64,000 bases of DNA. Source: Anaeromyxobacteraceae bacterium (GTDB taxonomy: Bacteria > Myxococcota > Myxococcia > Myxococcales > Anaeromyxobacteraceae). The DNA is taken from NCBI GenBank assembly GCA_032654565.1, contig JAULAX010000015.1, positions 64,001 to 128,000 of the forward strand, in the 5' to 3' direction. Below are positions 1 to 11,157 of this stretch, piece after piece; the first letter of the stretch is position 1, and each line of letters starts with the position of its first letter. The notes below the pieces were generated by a model. The model saw only the letters and a program-made list of their open reading frames with translations. It did no database searches and was not told the DNA's origin. The position numbers and the translations under genes were made by a program.

Positions 1-1394
1 AGCACCCGCTCCTGGCTGTAGGTCACCGCGCCAGGGGCGGCGCCCTTCGGCTTCCTGACGTACTTGGCCCGGGTGCAGGCCACCTCGGCCTGCGGCTCGC
101 CGCGGGCGTCGGAGAAGTGGACGGCCAGGGTGGCGGCGTCGAGGAGCGACTCCTGGTCGGCCTCGGGCCCGCCCAGCCGGACCACCACGTGGGCCCCGGC
201 CTGCCCCCGGGCGTGGAGCCAGAGGTCGTTGCCGCGCGCCACCCGCCGGGTGAGCTGGTCGTTCTCTGCGGCGCCGCGCCCCACCAGCAGGGCCAGCCCG
301 GCCAGGGAGCGGAAGGTCCGGTAGGGGAGCGTTGGCTGCTCGCGCTTGCGGCGGGTCGGCTTCGTCGCCCTCGGCCCGGCCGCCAGCCGCCGCGCCTCCC
401 GCTCCAGCGCCGGCAGCGCCTCCAGCGGCGCCCCGTCGACGCGGACCCGCAGCGCCTCCACGGCCGCCAGCCGCGAGGTCACCTCGGCGGTCCGGGCCTG
501 GACCCGCGCCGCGCTCTCGGCGATGCGCTTGAACCGCTTGTAGCAGCGCTCCATGTTCTGCCGGGGGGTGAGGGCCGGGTCGAGGGCCACCGCCACCTCC
601 ACCGGCCCCTCGGCGGTCCACTCGGTGAGCGTCACCTGCCGGGCCCCGCGGGCCACGGCGTGGAGGTTGGCCTTGAGGAGGTCCCCGGCGCGGCGGTCGG
701 CCTCGGCCGCCGGCACCCGGGCCGCCTCCTCGGCCAGCTTCTCCAGCGCCCGCGTGCCGCGGGCCACCGCGGCGCGCAGCGGCTCGCGCAGGCGGCGGCG
801 CGCCTCGGCCAGCGCCCGCCCCGCCTCCACGGCCGCGTAGCGCCGCTCCACCGCCAGCGACCAGGGGAAGGGGCCGGAGGGCGAGGGGGCGAAGCGCGGC
901 GGCTTGCGCTCGGCGGCCGGGGACGGCGCCGGCGGCGTCCAGGGCTGGCCGGGGGCGAGCCGCCGCCCCGGGGCCGCCGCGCGCGAGGCCATGAAGCGGA
1001 CCAGGCCGTCGGCGTCGACCAGCAGGAGGTTGCCGTGGCGCCCGGTCAGCTCGGCCACCAGCAGCAGCGGGCCGCCGGCCCGCGCCAGGCGCAGCGTCAC
1101 CACCCGGTCGCCGGCCAGCAGCTGCAGCGACTCCAGCCGCGCCCCCTCCAGCGCCTGGCGCAGCGGCGCCTGCCAGGCGAAGGGGCTGTCGGGCTGGGCG
1201 GGGCGGGCGGTGGCGACGTGGAGGCGGGTCAGCTCGGGCTCGGCGCAGAGGAGCAGCAGCGCGTTTCCGCTGGGCCCGTGCAGTTCCAGCGTCAGGGCCA
1301 GCTCGGCGTGGACGCGGACGGCGTCGACGCGCGCCCCGCGGAGCGCCTGCAGCTCCTCCACCACCAGCTCCAGCTCGACCGCCGTCAGCGACAT
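1..1394 (-). CDS. rqcH: NFACT-family ribosome quality-control protein (RqcH/FbpA-like); 3' end lies beyond the window start
   Basis: Not in the ORF track because the stop is outside the window. Manual translation from ATG 1394 gives MSLTAVELELVVEELQALRGARV...AGDRVVTLRL...VAELTGRHGNLLLVD (NFACT-N DR and ELTG motifs) and C-terminal VGRGAAENDQLT...DLWLHARGQAGAHVVV (NFACT-R). Confidence 0.85.
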   Translation of the reverse strand, partial: MSLTAVELELVVEELQALRGARVDAVRVHAELALTLELHGPSGNALLLLCAEPELTRLHVATARPAQPDSPFAWQAPLRQALEGARLESLQLLAGDRVVTLRLARAGGPLLLVAELTGRHGNLLLVDADGLVRFMASRAAAPGRRLAPGQPWTPPAPSPAAERKPPRFAPSPSGPFPWSLAVERRYAAVEAGRALAEARRRLREPLRAAVARGTRALEKLAEEAARVPAAEADRRAGDLLKANLHAVARGARQVTLTEWTAEGPVEVAVALDPALTPRQNMERCYKRFKRIAESAARVQARTAEVTSRLAAVEALRVRVDGAPLEALPALEREARRLAAGPRATKPTRRKREQPTLPYRTFRSLAGLALLVGRGAAENDQLTRRVARGNDLWLHARGQAGAHVVVRLGGPEADQESLLDAATLAVHFSDARGEPQAEVACTRAKYVRKPKGAAPGAVTYSQERV

Positions 1395-1403
1395 GCGGCT
1401 CCC

Positions 1404-1433
1404 AAAAAGCTGCGGCCGCCCGAAGGCGGCCGC
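1404..1433 (-). terminator. Intrinsic terminator downstream of the Lys-rich peptide gene
   Basis: Minus strand GCGGCCGCC-TTCG-GGCGGCCGC-AGC-TTTTT: 9-bp stem, UUCG loop, U-tract. Confidence 0.8.
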
Positions 1434-1460
1434 GGCACAACTCTGCTCTTGATGCGGTTG

Positions 1461-1526
1461 TTACTTCTTCTTCTTGGCGGTCTTCTTCTTCGCAACCTTC
1501 TTCACGGCCTTCTTCTTGGCAGCCAT
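1461..1526 (-). CDS. 21-aa Lys/Ala-rich basic peptide MAAKKKAVKKVAKKKTAKKKK (histone H1-like composition)
   Basis: Strong SD (GAGGAGG) before ATG 1526, upstream promoter, downstream terminator; all 12 Lys codons are AAG. Confidence 0.7.
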   Translation of the reverse strand: MAAKKKAVKKVAKKKTAKKKK

Positions 1527-1588
1527 AGTTCCCTCCTCGGAACGTCCATTCACTTCGAGAACGGCTTTCGAATGGACAATGTAGATGC

Positions 1589-1618
1589 ACGTTAGCAACG
1601 CGAGATCGATCCCGTCAA
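1589..1618 (-). promoter_or_regulatory. Putative sigma70 promoter of the Lys-rich peptide gene
   Basis: TTGACG-N18-TAACGT on the minus strand, followed by a 5'UTR hairpin GTCCATTC...GAATGGAC (1544-1577). Confidence 0.5.
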
Positions 1619-1735
1619 GGAAGCGAGAAGGAAAATCGATCACTCGATCGACGCTCCCCCCAGCTAGATCCGAAGGGGTACAAGGCCCCCGGGGGGCGAT
1701 TTTTCACCGAGGGTGATCGGATCGGAAGGTAGATC

Positions 1736-2719
1736 TCACTGCGCGTGTGGGTGGTCGACCGCGCCGAGCAGCGCCGCACCCACCACGCCGGCGTCGTCGC
1801 CGAGCTCGGCGCGACGCACCTCGAAGTCGCGCCGGGCGGCGCGCAGCAAGCGATCCGCGATGTGGGCGCGCACGATCCGCTCCAGGTTGGCGCAGCCCAG
1901 CAGCACCCCGCCGCCCAGCACCAGCCGCAGCGGGTTGAGCAGCGTCACCAGGTTGGCGCAGGCGGTGCCGAGCAGCTCGCCGACCTCGCCCCAGAGCTCC
2001 CGGGCGAAGGGATCGCCGGCGGCGTAGGCCACCTCCACCGCCGAGGCCGAGAGCCGGGCCGGGTCGCCGCCGGCCGCCGCCAGCACCGCCGCGGCCTTCC
2101 CGGCGGCGGCCGCCTCGCGCAGCCGGACCGCCAGGTTCATCCCGCCGGTGTAGGCCTCGAGGCAGCCCCACTCGCCGCAGCCGCAGAGCCGGGGCGTGGC
2201 GCCGCGCGGCGACACCTTGATGTGCCCCAGCTCGCCGGCCACCCCGCGGCCGCCCTCGTGGAGCCTGGCCCCGAGGATGAGCCCGGCGCCGACGCCGGAG
2301 CCGACGAAGACCAGCGCCGCGTCGTCGACCCCGCGGGCGGCGCCGAAGCAGCGCTCGCCCCAGGCGGCGGCGGAGAGGTCGTTGACCACCCGCACCTCCA
2401 GCCCGAGCGCGGCGTGCAGCGGCTCCCCCAGCGGCACCTCGCGCCAGCCGAGGTTGGGGGCGTTGAGCACGGTCCCGGTGCGGCCCAGGCACTGGCCGGC
2501 CACGCCGACGCCGGCCGTCCCCAGCGAGGCCGGGTCGACCCCGGCCTGCCGCGCCGCCTCCCGCACCGCCGCGGCGATGGTGACCACCACCGCCTCGGGG
2601 CTGCGCTCGGCGTGGGCCAGCTTGTGGGCGGCCACCACCGCGCCGCTGGCCACGTCCACCAGCGCGGCGCGGGCGTTGGTGCCGCCGAGATCGACCCCGA
2701 GGGCGAGCCGGGCGCTCAC
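1736..2719 (-). CDS. ROK-family sugar kinase (glucokinase-like)
   Basis: GVDLGGT ATP-binding motif and GELGH...CGCGEWGCLEAY ROK zinc motif; GTG start overlaps the upstream stop. Confidence 0.9.
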   Translation of the reverse strand: MSARLALGVDLGGTNARAALVDVASGAVVAAHKLAHAERSPEAVVVTIAAAVREAARQAGVDPASLGTAGVGVAGQCLGRTGTVLNAPNLGWREVPLGEPLHAALGLEVRVVNDLSAAAWGERCFGAARGVDDAALVFVGSGVGAGLILGARLHEGGRGVAGELGHIKVSPRGATPRLCGCGEWGCLEAYTGGMNLAVRLREAAAAGKAAAVLAAAGGDPARLSASAVEVAYAAGDPFARELWGEVGELLGTACANLVTLLNPLRLVLGGGVLLGCANLERIVRAHIADRLLRAARRDFEVRRAELGDDAGVVGAALLGAVDHPHAQ

Positions 2720-4092
2720 GGGCTCCCCAGCTCCTTCATGATCACCGCCACCCGGTCCTCGACCAGTGTGCGGATCTCGGCGAGCCGCGGCGCCGTGGTG
2801 GCCTCGAAGCGCAGCACCAGGATGGGCTGGGTGTTGGAGGCCCGCACCAGCCCCCAGCCGTCGGGGAAGATGACCCGGACCCCGTCGATGGTGACCGCCT
2901 GGTACCCCGCCGAGAAGAAGGCCTGGGCCCGGCGCACCACCTCGAACTTGATCTCCTCGGCGCAGTCGACCCGCAGCTCCGGGGTGCTGAAGGTCTTCGG
3001 CACGTCGGCCAGCAGCGACGAGAGCGGCGCCGCGGTGTGGGAGAGCAGCTCCACCAGGCGGCCCGAGGAGTAGATGCCGTCGTCGAAGCCGAGCCAGCGG
3101 TGGCCAAAGAAGATGTGGCCGCTCATCTCGCCGGCCAGGGCGGCGTGCTCCTCCTTCATCTTGGCCTTGATCAGCGAGTGGCCGGCCTTCCACATGATGC
3201 CCCGGCCGCCCCGCAGCTTGATGTCGTCGTAGAGGGTGAAGGAGCACTTCACCTCGGCGACCACGGCGGCGCCCGGCACCTCGGCGAGGATGGCGCGGGA
3301 GAAGAGGATCATCAGCTGGTCGCCCCAGAGCACCTGCCCCCGCTCGTCGACGGCGCCCACCCGGTCGGAGTCGCCGTCGTAGGCGACGCCGAGGTCGGCG
3401 CCGGTCTCCAGCACCTTGCGCTTCAGCGGCTCGAGGTTCTTCTCCACCGTCGGGTCGGGGTGGTGGTTGGGGAAGCGGCCGTCCGGCTCGGTGAAGAGCG
3501 GGACCACCTCGACGCCGAGCCGCTCGAAGATGGGCACCGCCACGCCGCCGGTGCCGTTGCCGGCGTCGATCACCACCTTGAGCTTGCGGGGGCCGAGCCG
3601 GAGGTTCTTGCCCACGTAGTCCTGGTAGGGTGTGACGATGTCGTGGCTGGTCAGCTTCCCCTGCCCGCTGGCGAACTCGCCCTCCTGGACCGCCCGCAGG
3701 ATCTCCTGGATGGCCTCGCCGTAGAGGGTGGTGGGGCCGACGCCGATCTTCAGGCCGTTGTAGTCGGCGGGGTTGTGCGAGCCGGTGATCATGCAGAGCC
3801 CGTCCACCGGAAGGGTCTGGGCCGCGAAGTAGACCAGCGGCGTGGGGACGATGCCGACGTCGACCACGTCGCAGCCGGTGGCCAGCAGGCCGGCCACCAC
3901 CTGGCGGTGGAAGCCCGGGCTGGAGAGCCGGACGTCGCGCCCCAGCACCACGCTGGTGCCGCCGGCGGCGCGCACCCGGGTGCCGAGGGCGCGGGCCACC
4001 AGCCCCACCGTCTCCTCGGTGAGGTCGAGGCCGGCCACGCCCCGGATGTCGTACTCGCGGAAGACCACCGGGTTGACCTGGTTCGCGCCCAC
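2716..4092 (-). CDS. Phosphomannomutase/phosphoglucomutase
   Basis: FREYDIRG, ITGSHNP (catalytic Ser), DGDSDR metal loop, GEMSGH. Confidence 0.93.
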   Translation of the reverse strand: MGANQVNPVVFREYDIRGVAGLDLTEETVGLVARALGTRVRAAGGTSVVLGRDVRLSSPGFHRQVVAGLLATGCDVVDVGIVPTPLVYFAAQTLPVDGLCMITGSHNPADYNGLKIGVGPTTLYGEAIQEILRAVQEGEFASGQGKLTSHDIVTPYQDYVGKNLRLGPRKLKVVIDAGNGTGGVAVPIFERLGVEVVPLFTEPDGRFPNHHPDPTVEKNLEPLKRKVLETGADLGVAYDGDSDRVGAVDERGQVLWGDQLMILFSRAILAEVPGAAVVAEVKCSFTLYDDIKLRGGRGIMWKAGHSLIKAKMKEEHAALAGEMSGHIFFGHRWLGFDDGIYSSGRLVELLSHTAAPLSSLLADVPKTFSTPELRVDCAEEIKFEVVRRAQAFFSAGYQAVTIDGVRVIFPDGWGLVRASNTQPILVLRFEATTAPRLAEIRTLVEDRVAVIMKELGSP

Positions 4093-5207
4093 TAGAGCAC
4101 CTCGTCGCGGCCGCGCCGCGCCAGCTCGTCGACCGCCTTGCGGACGTCCTGGGCCCGGTCCTTGCGGCAGACCAGGATGGCGTCGCCGGCGTCGATCACC
4201 ACCACGCCGTCCAGCCCCACCACCGCCACCGGCCGGTCCCGGGTGGCCATGACCACGTTGTTGCGGCCGTCGATCACCAGGGCGTCGCCCTCGGCGACGT
4301 TGCCGAGGTGATCCACCGGGCGCACCTCGGGGAGCGCCGCGAAGCTGCCCACGTCGCTCCAGCCGAAGTCGGCCGGCACCACCACGATCCGCTGGCTCTT
4401 CTCCATGACCCCGTAGTCGATGGAGATGGAGGGGCAGTCGGGGAAGACCCGGTCCAGCGTCTTCTGGTAGCCGGGCGTGCCGAGCGCCTGCTGGATGGCG
4501 TCGAGCTGCTCGCCCAGCACCGGCATGGCGCGCCGGATCTCGGCGAGGATGACGTCGGCGCGGAAGACGAAGATGCCCGAGTTCCAGAGGTAGTGGCCGT
4601 CGGCCAGGTAGCGGGCCGCGGTGACCAGGTCCGGCTTCTCGACGAAGCGCTCCACCTTGTGGGCGTGGTTCTGGGTGGCCTTGCCCTTTCCCTTGGCCTT
4701 GGCGCGCCCCCTCCCCTGGCCCGGCAGCCGGGCGCCGACCTTGAGGTAGCCGTAGCCGGTCTCCGGCGCGTGGGGGCGGATGCCGATGGTGACGATGTGC
4801 CCCTGCTCGGCCAGCCGCGCCGCCTCGGCGATGGCCGCGCGGAAGGCCTCGGGGCGGGCGATGTGGTGGTCGGCCGGGAGCATGGCGACGATGCCCTGCT
4901 TCTGCCGCGCCGCCACGTGCAGCGCCGCCAGCCCCACGCACGGGGCGGTGTTCCTGGCGCAGGGCTCGACGATGAAGTTCCTGGCCGGCAGCTCGCGCAG
5001 CAGCTTCTTGGCGGCGGCGGCGTGGGCCGGCCCGCAGACCACGTAGGTGTCGGCCGGCTTGGCCAGGGGCGGCAGGCGGCGGACGGTGGCGCTGAGCAGC
5101 GGCCGGTCCCCGGCCAGGGCGAGGAACTGCTTGGGCCTGGCCTTGCGCGAGAGCGGCCAGAACCGGGTCCCCGAGCCGCCCGCCATGATCACCGGGTAGA
5201 TCTTCAT
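4092..5207 (-). CDS. manC: Mannose-1-phosphate guanylyltransferase
   Basis: [49 protein letters not shown]. Confidence 0.92.
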   Translation of the reverse strand: MKIYPVIMAGGSGTRFWPLSRKARPKQFLALAGDRPLLSATVRRLPPLAKPADTYVVCGPAHAAAAKKLLRELPARNFIVEPCARNTAPCVGLAALHVAARQKQGIVAMLPADHHIARPEAFRAAIAEAARLAEQGHIVTIGIRPHAPETGYGYLKVGARLPGQGRGRAKAKGKGKATQNHAHKVERFVEKPDLVTAARYLADGHYLWNSGIFVFRADVILAEIRRAMPVLGEQLDAIQQALGTPGYQKTLDRVFPDCPSISIDYGVMEKSQRIVVVPADFGWSDVGSFAALPEVRPVDHLGNVAEGDALVIDGRNNVVMATRDRPVAVVGLDGVVVIDAGDAILVCRKDRAQDVRKAVDELARRGRDEVL

Positions 5208-5794
5208 GTCGCGCTCCAGGCCTCGAGCAGCTCGAACAGGATCCGGGCGGTGGCGCCCCAGATCGTCCGGCCCTCGACCTCGTAGAAGTGGATGTCCACG
5301 TCGAGTCCGTAGAAGTTGTGGCGCTGCGTGTGGTGGACCCCCGGCGCCACCAGCGCCGGGATGGGGACGTGCCAGATCGCCTCCACCTCGCGCGGCGCCG
5401 CAGCGTACGGGAAGGGATATGGCACCGAAGCCACCCACGGCGTCAAGCGGTTCGCCGACTGCAGCACCACCGTCTCGGAGAGCCTCCCCAGCACCACCGC
5501 CCTCGACGGGTCGAGGCCCACCTCCTCGTGGGCCTCCCGCAGCGCCGCGGCCAGCGAGCCCTCGCCGGGATCGAGCCGGCCCCCCGGGAAGCTGATCTGC
5601 CCGGCGTGGTGGCGCAGGTCGGCGCGGCGCAGCGTCAGCAGCACGCTGGGGATGCCCTCCTCCTCGTGCAGCGGCACCAGCACCGCCGCCTCGCCGAAGC
5701 CGCCCGCCGGCCAGTGCCGGGGCGAGACCTGGTCGACGGGGGACGGCCGCGGCGGCCAGCGGGCCAGCGCGGCCTGGAGGTCGGCGAGCCTCAT
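5204..5794 (-). CDS. NUDIX hydrolase, CoA pyrophosphatase-like
   Basis: [11 protein letters not shown]...[17 protein letters not shown] box; IWGATA C-terminal motif. Confidence 0.88.
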   Translation of the reverse strand: MRLADLQAALARWPPRPSPVDQVSPRHWPAGGFGEAAVLVPLHEEEGIPSVLLTLRRADLRHHAGQISFPGGRLDPGEGSLAAALREAHEEVGLDPSRAVVLGRLSETVVLQSANRLTPWVASVPYPFPYAAAPREVEAIWHVPIPALVAPGVHHTQRHNFYGLDVDIHFYEVEGRTIWGATARILFELLEAWSAT

Positions 5795-6624
5795 GACGCC
5801 GGCAGCACCCCGGCGACGATGAGGGCGGCGATGGCGACGCCGGCGACCAGGCGCCAGGCCACGAAGAGATCGGTGGGGCGGGTGCGCAGCCAGCCCAGCA
5901 GCCAGCCGATGACCAGGTAGCCGGCGCCGAAGGAGACCAGGGTGGCCACCGCGGTGGCCAGCTGCCAGTCGGGGTGGCCGCGGAGCTGCGGCAGCTCCTT
6001 CCAGAGCTTGTAGGCGCCGGCCCCGAGGATGATGGGGACGGAGAGCAGGAAGCTGAAGCGGGCCGCCGCCTCGCGGGTCAGGCCGAGCAGCATGCCCATG
6101 GTGAGGGTGGTGCCGGAGCGGGAGGAGCCGGGGATGAGCGCCAGGGCCTGGGCCAGCCCCACCAGCGCCGCGTCCCGGGGGCCGATCGACTCCACCGTCC
6201 GCACGTGGCGGGCCAGCCGCTCGGCGCCCAGCAGCACCAGCCCCCAGCCGACCAGGGCCCCGACGATGACCCAGTTGCCGAGCGCCTCGATGCGCCGCTC
6301 CAGCAGCTTGCCCAGCACCGCCGCCGGGAGGGTGCCGAGCACGATGAGCCAGCCGAGGCGGGCCTCGGGCGTGGCCAGCGGCGCGCCCCGGGCCAGGGCC
6401 ACCACCGCGCCGCGCAGGATCCTCCAGAGGTCGGCGCGGAAGTAGAGGACCACCGCCAGCGCCGTGCCCGACTGGATGACGGCGACGAAGGCGCGGAAGT
6501 GCGGCTCGTCGAGCGACTGGCCGAGCAGCTCTCCGAAGACCAGCAGGTGGGCGGTGGAGGAGACCGGGAGGAACTCGGTGGCCGCCTGGATGAGCCCGAA
6601 GAGGATGGCGGAGAGGAGCGTCAT
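5791..6624 (-). CDS. uppP: Undecaprenyl-diphosphate phosphatase
   Basis: [11 protein letters not shown] and [10 protein letters not shown] motifs; hydrophobic. Confidence 0.93.
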   Translation of the reverse strand: MTLLSAILFGLIQAATEFLPVSSTAHLLVFGELLGQSLDEPHFRAFVAVIQSGTALAVVLYFRADLWRILRGAVVALARGAPLATPEARLGWLIVLGTLPAAVLGKLLERRIEALGNWVIVGALVGWGLVLLGAERLARHVRTVESIGPRDAALVGLAQALALIPGSSRSGTTLTMGMLLGLTREAAARFSFLLSVPIILGAGAYKLWKELPQLRGHPDWQLATAVATLVSFGAGYLVIGWLLGWLRTRPTDLFVAWRLVAGVAIAALIVAGVLPAS

Positions 6625-6887
6625 GCGGGGCGGAACCTACCCGAGGGGCGGGCCGGGGACAAACGGGAAGGGCGACGGGGCGCCTGCTGGCGCGGCGACG
6701 CGACGGCGATCCTTCTCGCCCGTCGGAATGGAGCGCTCGACCTCGGCCGGGGTGGGTCATGTGCGGTTCGTGCGCACGAACTCACTCTCAGTCCGTGTGA
6801 CGCTGGAGGGCCATCGCGATGGATCGTCCCGGTAGGCACGGCGGCGGGCGGCAGGAGTTGACTGAACCTGGCCGCCCCGCGCTTCGC

Positions 6888-6930
6888 GGAGTTCATTCGA
6901 TCGATGATCGAAGTAGTTCGGACGCCCGAA
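6888..6930. repeat. 43-nt dispersed element, copy A (copy B at 60865-60907)
   Basis: GGAGTTCATTCGATCGATGATCGAAGTAGTTCGGACGCCCGAA; 40/43 identical to copy B by manual alignment. Confidence 0.8.
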
Positions 6931-7090
6931 ATGACTCTCCGTCCGTGTCGTTCAGGTTACCATGGCGTTCGGCCCCACCCGCCTCGCGGACCTGCCCGAA
7001 CCAAGGCCCCGCCCGCCCTCGCCCACCCTTCGCTGCGCCTTCCGTTCGCCAACCCGCCCCGCCGCACACGCTCCAGGCACGACCGCACCC

Positions 7091-7675
7091 CTACTTCAAC
7101 GCCTTGAGCGCCTCCTCCACGAAGTCGAGCCGGTCGTTGCCGACGAACATCTGCTCGCCCACGAAGAAGAGCGGCGCGCCGAAGGCGCCGCGGTCGATGG
7201 CCTCCTGGGTCTGCTTCATCAGCGCCTCCTTGTAGCCGGGGGCGGCCGCCACCAGCCCGGCGCCGTCGAGGCCGGCCTGGTCGAGGACCGCGGCCAGCAC
7301 CGCCGGGTCGGCGATGTCGCGCTGGTCGGCCCAGCGCGCCTTGTAGACGGCGTGGGTGAAGGGCACCAGCTTCCCGGCCGCCTCGGCGGCCAGGGCGGCG
7401 CGCAGCGCCAGGATGGGGGAGAAGGGGAAGGGCTCCGGGAAGTGGAGCGGCACGCCCAGCCGCCTCGCCCAGCGGTCGAGGTCGGTGAGCATGTGCTTCG
7501 CCTTGGCCGGGATCTCGAACTGGGCGCGGTTGCCGGTGGCCTTGAAGACCCCGCCGAGCACGAACGGCCGCCAGCGGACGGTCGCCCCGGCGCGGGCGGC
7601 GAAGGCCTCGACGCGCGTCGAGGCCAGGTAGCTGTAGGGCGAGACGAAGTCGTAGAAGAACTCGAGCGTGGCCAT
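7091..7675 (-). CDS. 2-hydroxychromene-2-carboxylate isomerase / DsbA-like (GST kappa) protein
   Basis: EFFYDFVSPYSYL N-terminus; GAFGAP...FVGNDRL C-terminus. Confidence 0.88.
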   Translation of the reverse strand: MATLEFFYDFVSPYSYLASTRVEAFAARAGATVRWRPFVLGGVFKATGNRAQFEIPAKAKHMLTDLDRWARRLGVPLHFPEPFPFSPILALRAALAAEAAGKLVPFTHAVYKARWADQRDIADPAVLAAVLDQAGLDGAGLVAAAPGYKEALMKQTQEAIDRGAFGAPLFFVGEQMFVGNDRLDFVEEALKALK

Positions 7676-7790
7676 CGCGCCTCCTGGTGCGGTCTCGACT
7701 GGTTGTAGCCCGCCTGGGCCCGGGAGCGCCACGCCCCCGGCGACGAGCCCGGCCACCCCGCCGCGGGCGGCGCGGAGGGCGGCGGCGGGT

Positions 7791-8570
7791 TCAGGCCTCG
7801 CCCAGGGTCCGCCCGGTCAGCTTCAGGAAGACCTGCCCCAGGTCGGCCGGCGCCGCGCGGACGCCCTCGCCCCGGCCGGCGGCCACCGGCACCGGGTCTC
7901 CGCCGTGGGCCCGCTTCAGGTTGGCGACGGTGTCGAGGGCCAGCAGCTTGCCGTGGTCGACGATGGCCACCCGGTCGCACAGCCGCTCCGCCTCGTCCAT
8001 GTCGTGGGTGGTGTAGACCACGGTGAGCCCGCCCCGCTTCAGCTCGAGGATCCGCTCGAGGATGGCGTGGCGCGACTGCGGGTCGACGCCGGCGGTGGGC
8101 TCGTCGAGGAGCACCAGCCGGGGCTGGTGGAGCAGCGCCGCGGCCAGGTTGAGCCGGCGCTGCATGCCGCTGGAGTAGTCGCCCACCCGGTCGTGGCGGC
8201 GGTCGGTGAGCCCGGCGAAGTCGAGCGCCCAGTCGACGCGGGCCTGCAGCGCCCCCCGGCCCAGGCCGTAGACCCGGCCGAGGAAGCCCAGGTTCTCCTG
8301 GCCGGTCAGCTCGGCGTAGAGCGCCAGCGCCTGGGGCGCCAGGCCGAGCTGGCGCCGCACCGCGGGATCGGTGGGCGCGCCCAGCCCGTCCACCGTCACC
8401 GTCCCGGACTCGGGGGCCAGCAGCCCCAGGGCCAGGTGGAGGGTGGTCGACTTGCCGGCGCCGTTGGGCCCGAGCAGGCCGAGGATCTCGCCCGGCTCGA
8501 CCCGCAGCGACAGGCCGTCGACGGCGACGGTGGGGCCGTAGGCCTTGCGCAGGTCGGTGAGGGTGAGCAC
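7791..8570 (-). CDS. ABC transporter ATP-binding protein (ABC-2 export type)
   Basis: GPNGAGKST Walker A, YSSGMQRR signature, LLDEPTAGVD Walker B, TTHDM H-loop. Confidence 0.9.
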   Translation of the reverse strand: MLTLTDLRKAYGPTVAVDGLSLRVEPGEILGLLGPNGAGKSTTLHLALGLLAPESGTVTVDGLGAPTDPAVRRQLGLAPQALALYAELTGQENLGFLGRVYGLGRGALQARVDWALDFAGLTDRRHDRVGDYSSGMQRRLNLAAALLHQPRLVLLDEPTAGVDPQSRHAILERILELKRGGLTVVYTTHDMDEAERLCDRVAIVDHGKLLALDTVANLKRAHGGDPVPVAAGRGEGVRAAPADLGQVFLKLTGRTLGEA

Positions 8571-8618
8571 GCCCGGGGACCATAGCCCCCGGGGCGCCCC
8601 GCCGCCACGCCGATGGAG

Positions 8619-10070
<1,452 letters not shown>

Positions 10071-10075
10071 GCGGT

Positions 10076-11092
10076 CTACTCCTCGGTGGGTGCGGCGGCG
10101 GTGGTGCGGCGGGGCGAGCGGTGGGGCCCGGCGGGCTGCCGGGCGGTGGCGATGAAGAGGGCGGGGCCGCGGGCGCCGGGCTCGGGCGGCAGCGGGCGGA
10201 GGGTCGGCGAGGCCAGGCCGGCGGCGCCCAGGGCCCGGAGCAGCTCGTCGGGCGCGAAGCCGAGCCGGGCCTGGCCGAGCCGGCGGGCGAAGGGTTCGTC
10301 GCCGTGGCGGGCCAGGTCGACCACCACCAGCCGTCCGCCGGGCTTGAGGATGCGGGCCGCCTCGGCCAGCACCGGGGCCACGGCCGGGACATAGGCCAGC
10401 ACCAGCACCAGCAGCGCCGCGTCGCAGCTCCGCGACGGCAGCGGCAGCGCCTCCAGCCCGGCCCGGTGCAGCTCGACGTTGTCGAACGGCTCGAGGCGGC
10501 GGCGGGCCGCCCGCAGCATGGCGGCCGACTGGTCGACGCCGATGACCCGGGCCACCGCCGGCGCCAGCGCGGCGGCCAGCGTGCCGGCGCCGCAGCCGAG
10601 GTCGGCCACCACCAGCTGGTCCGGCAGCAGGCCGAGCAGCGCCTCGCGCTCGAAGCGCAGCCCGTAGGCCTCGGCCCGCAGCGCCTCCCACTCCTGGGCG
10701 GCGCCGGCGAAGAACTGCTCCGCCCCCTGGCGGCGGGCGCGCAGCCGGGCCTCCAGCCGCAGCTCGTCCTGCTCCGCCGAGGGCCAGCCGTCGGTCTCGG
10801 CGCGGGCCACCTTCCAGAGCCGCCGGGCCCCGGCGTCGGCGGCGTCGGCGAAGCGGTAGAAGGTGGCGGTCCCCTGCCGGCGCGAGGCCAGCCAGCCGGC
10901 GCCGGAGAGCGTCTTCAGGTGGCGCGACGCCGTGGACTGGGGCAGCCGCAACACCTCGCAGAGCTCCTGCACCGACAGCTCCTCGCGCTCCAGCACCCGC
11001 AGCAGGCGCAGCCGGGTCTGGTCGGCGAGCCCGTCCATCCAGCCGAGCAGGGCGGCCGGGCGGCGCGGGGAGGTGGCGGTCGAGGCATTCAT
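10076..11092 (-). CDS. sahR: ArsR-HTH/methyltransferase fusion regulator (SahR-type)
   Basis: N-terminal ArsR HTH ([12 protein letters not shown]) plus SAM-binding ADLGCGAG; directly upstream of ahcY. Confidence 0.8.
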   Translation of the reverse strand: MNASTATSPRRPAALLGWMDGLADQTRLRLLRVLEREELSVQELCEVLRLPQSTASRHLKTLSGAGWLASRRQGTATFYRFADAADAGARRLWKVARAETDGWPSAEQDELRLEARLRARRQGAEQFFAGAAQEWEALRAEAYGLRFEREALLGLLPDQLVVADLGCGAGTLAAALAPAVARVIGVDQSAAMLRAARRRLEPFDNVELHRAGLEALPLPSRSCDAALLVLVLAYVPAVAPVLAEAARILKPGGRLVVVDLARHGDEPFARRLGQARLGFAPDELLRALGAAGLASPTLRPLPPEPGARGPALFIATARQPAGPHRSPRRTTAAAPTEE

Positions 11093-11096
11093 CGCT

Positions 11097-11116
11097 CTAT
11101 CCGGGTGAACGGATAT
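11097..11116. promoter_or_regulatory. Putative SahR operator palindrome
   Basis: TATCCG-N6-CGGATA (minus strand ATATCCGTTCACCCGGATAG) a few nt upstream of the sahR ATG, overlapping a TTGATC-N16-TATATC promoter-like element. Confidence 0.6.
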
Positions 11117-11157
11117 AACGACTCCCCCTCCGGGATCAAGCCCCCCGGGGGGCCAGG

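Noticed and set aside
117..1595. 492-aa plus-strand ORF
   Set aside because: Antisense shadow of the minus-strand NFACT gene; low-complexity R/G/P/A composition.
6630..7090. Known ncRNA, riboswitch or CDS in the uppP-isomerase gap
   Set aside because: No recognisable family signature or convincing ORF; only the 43-nt element is supportable. An Rfam search would be needed.
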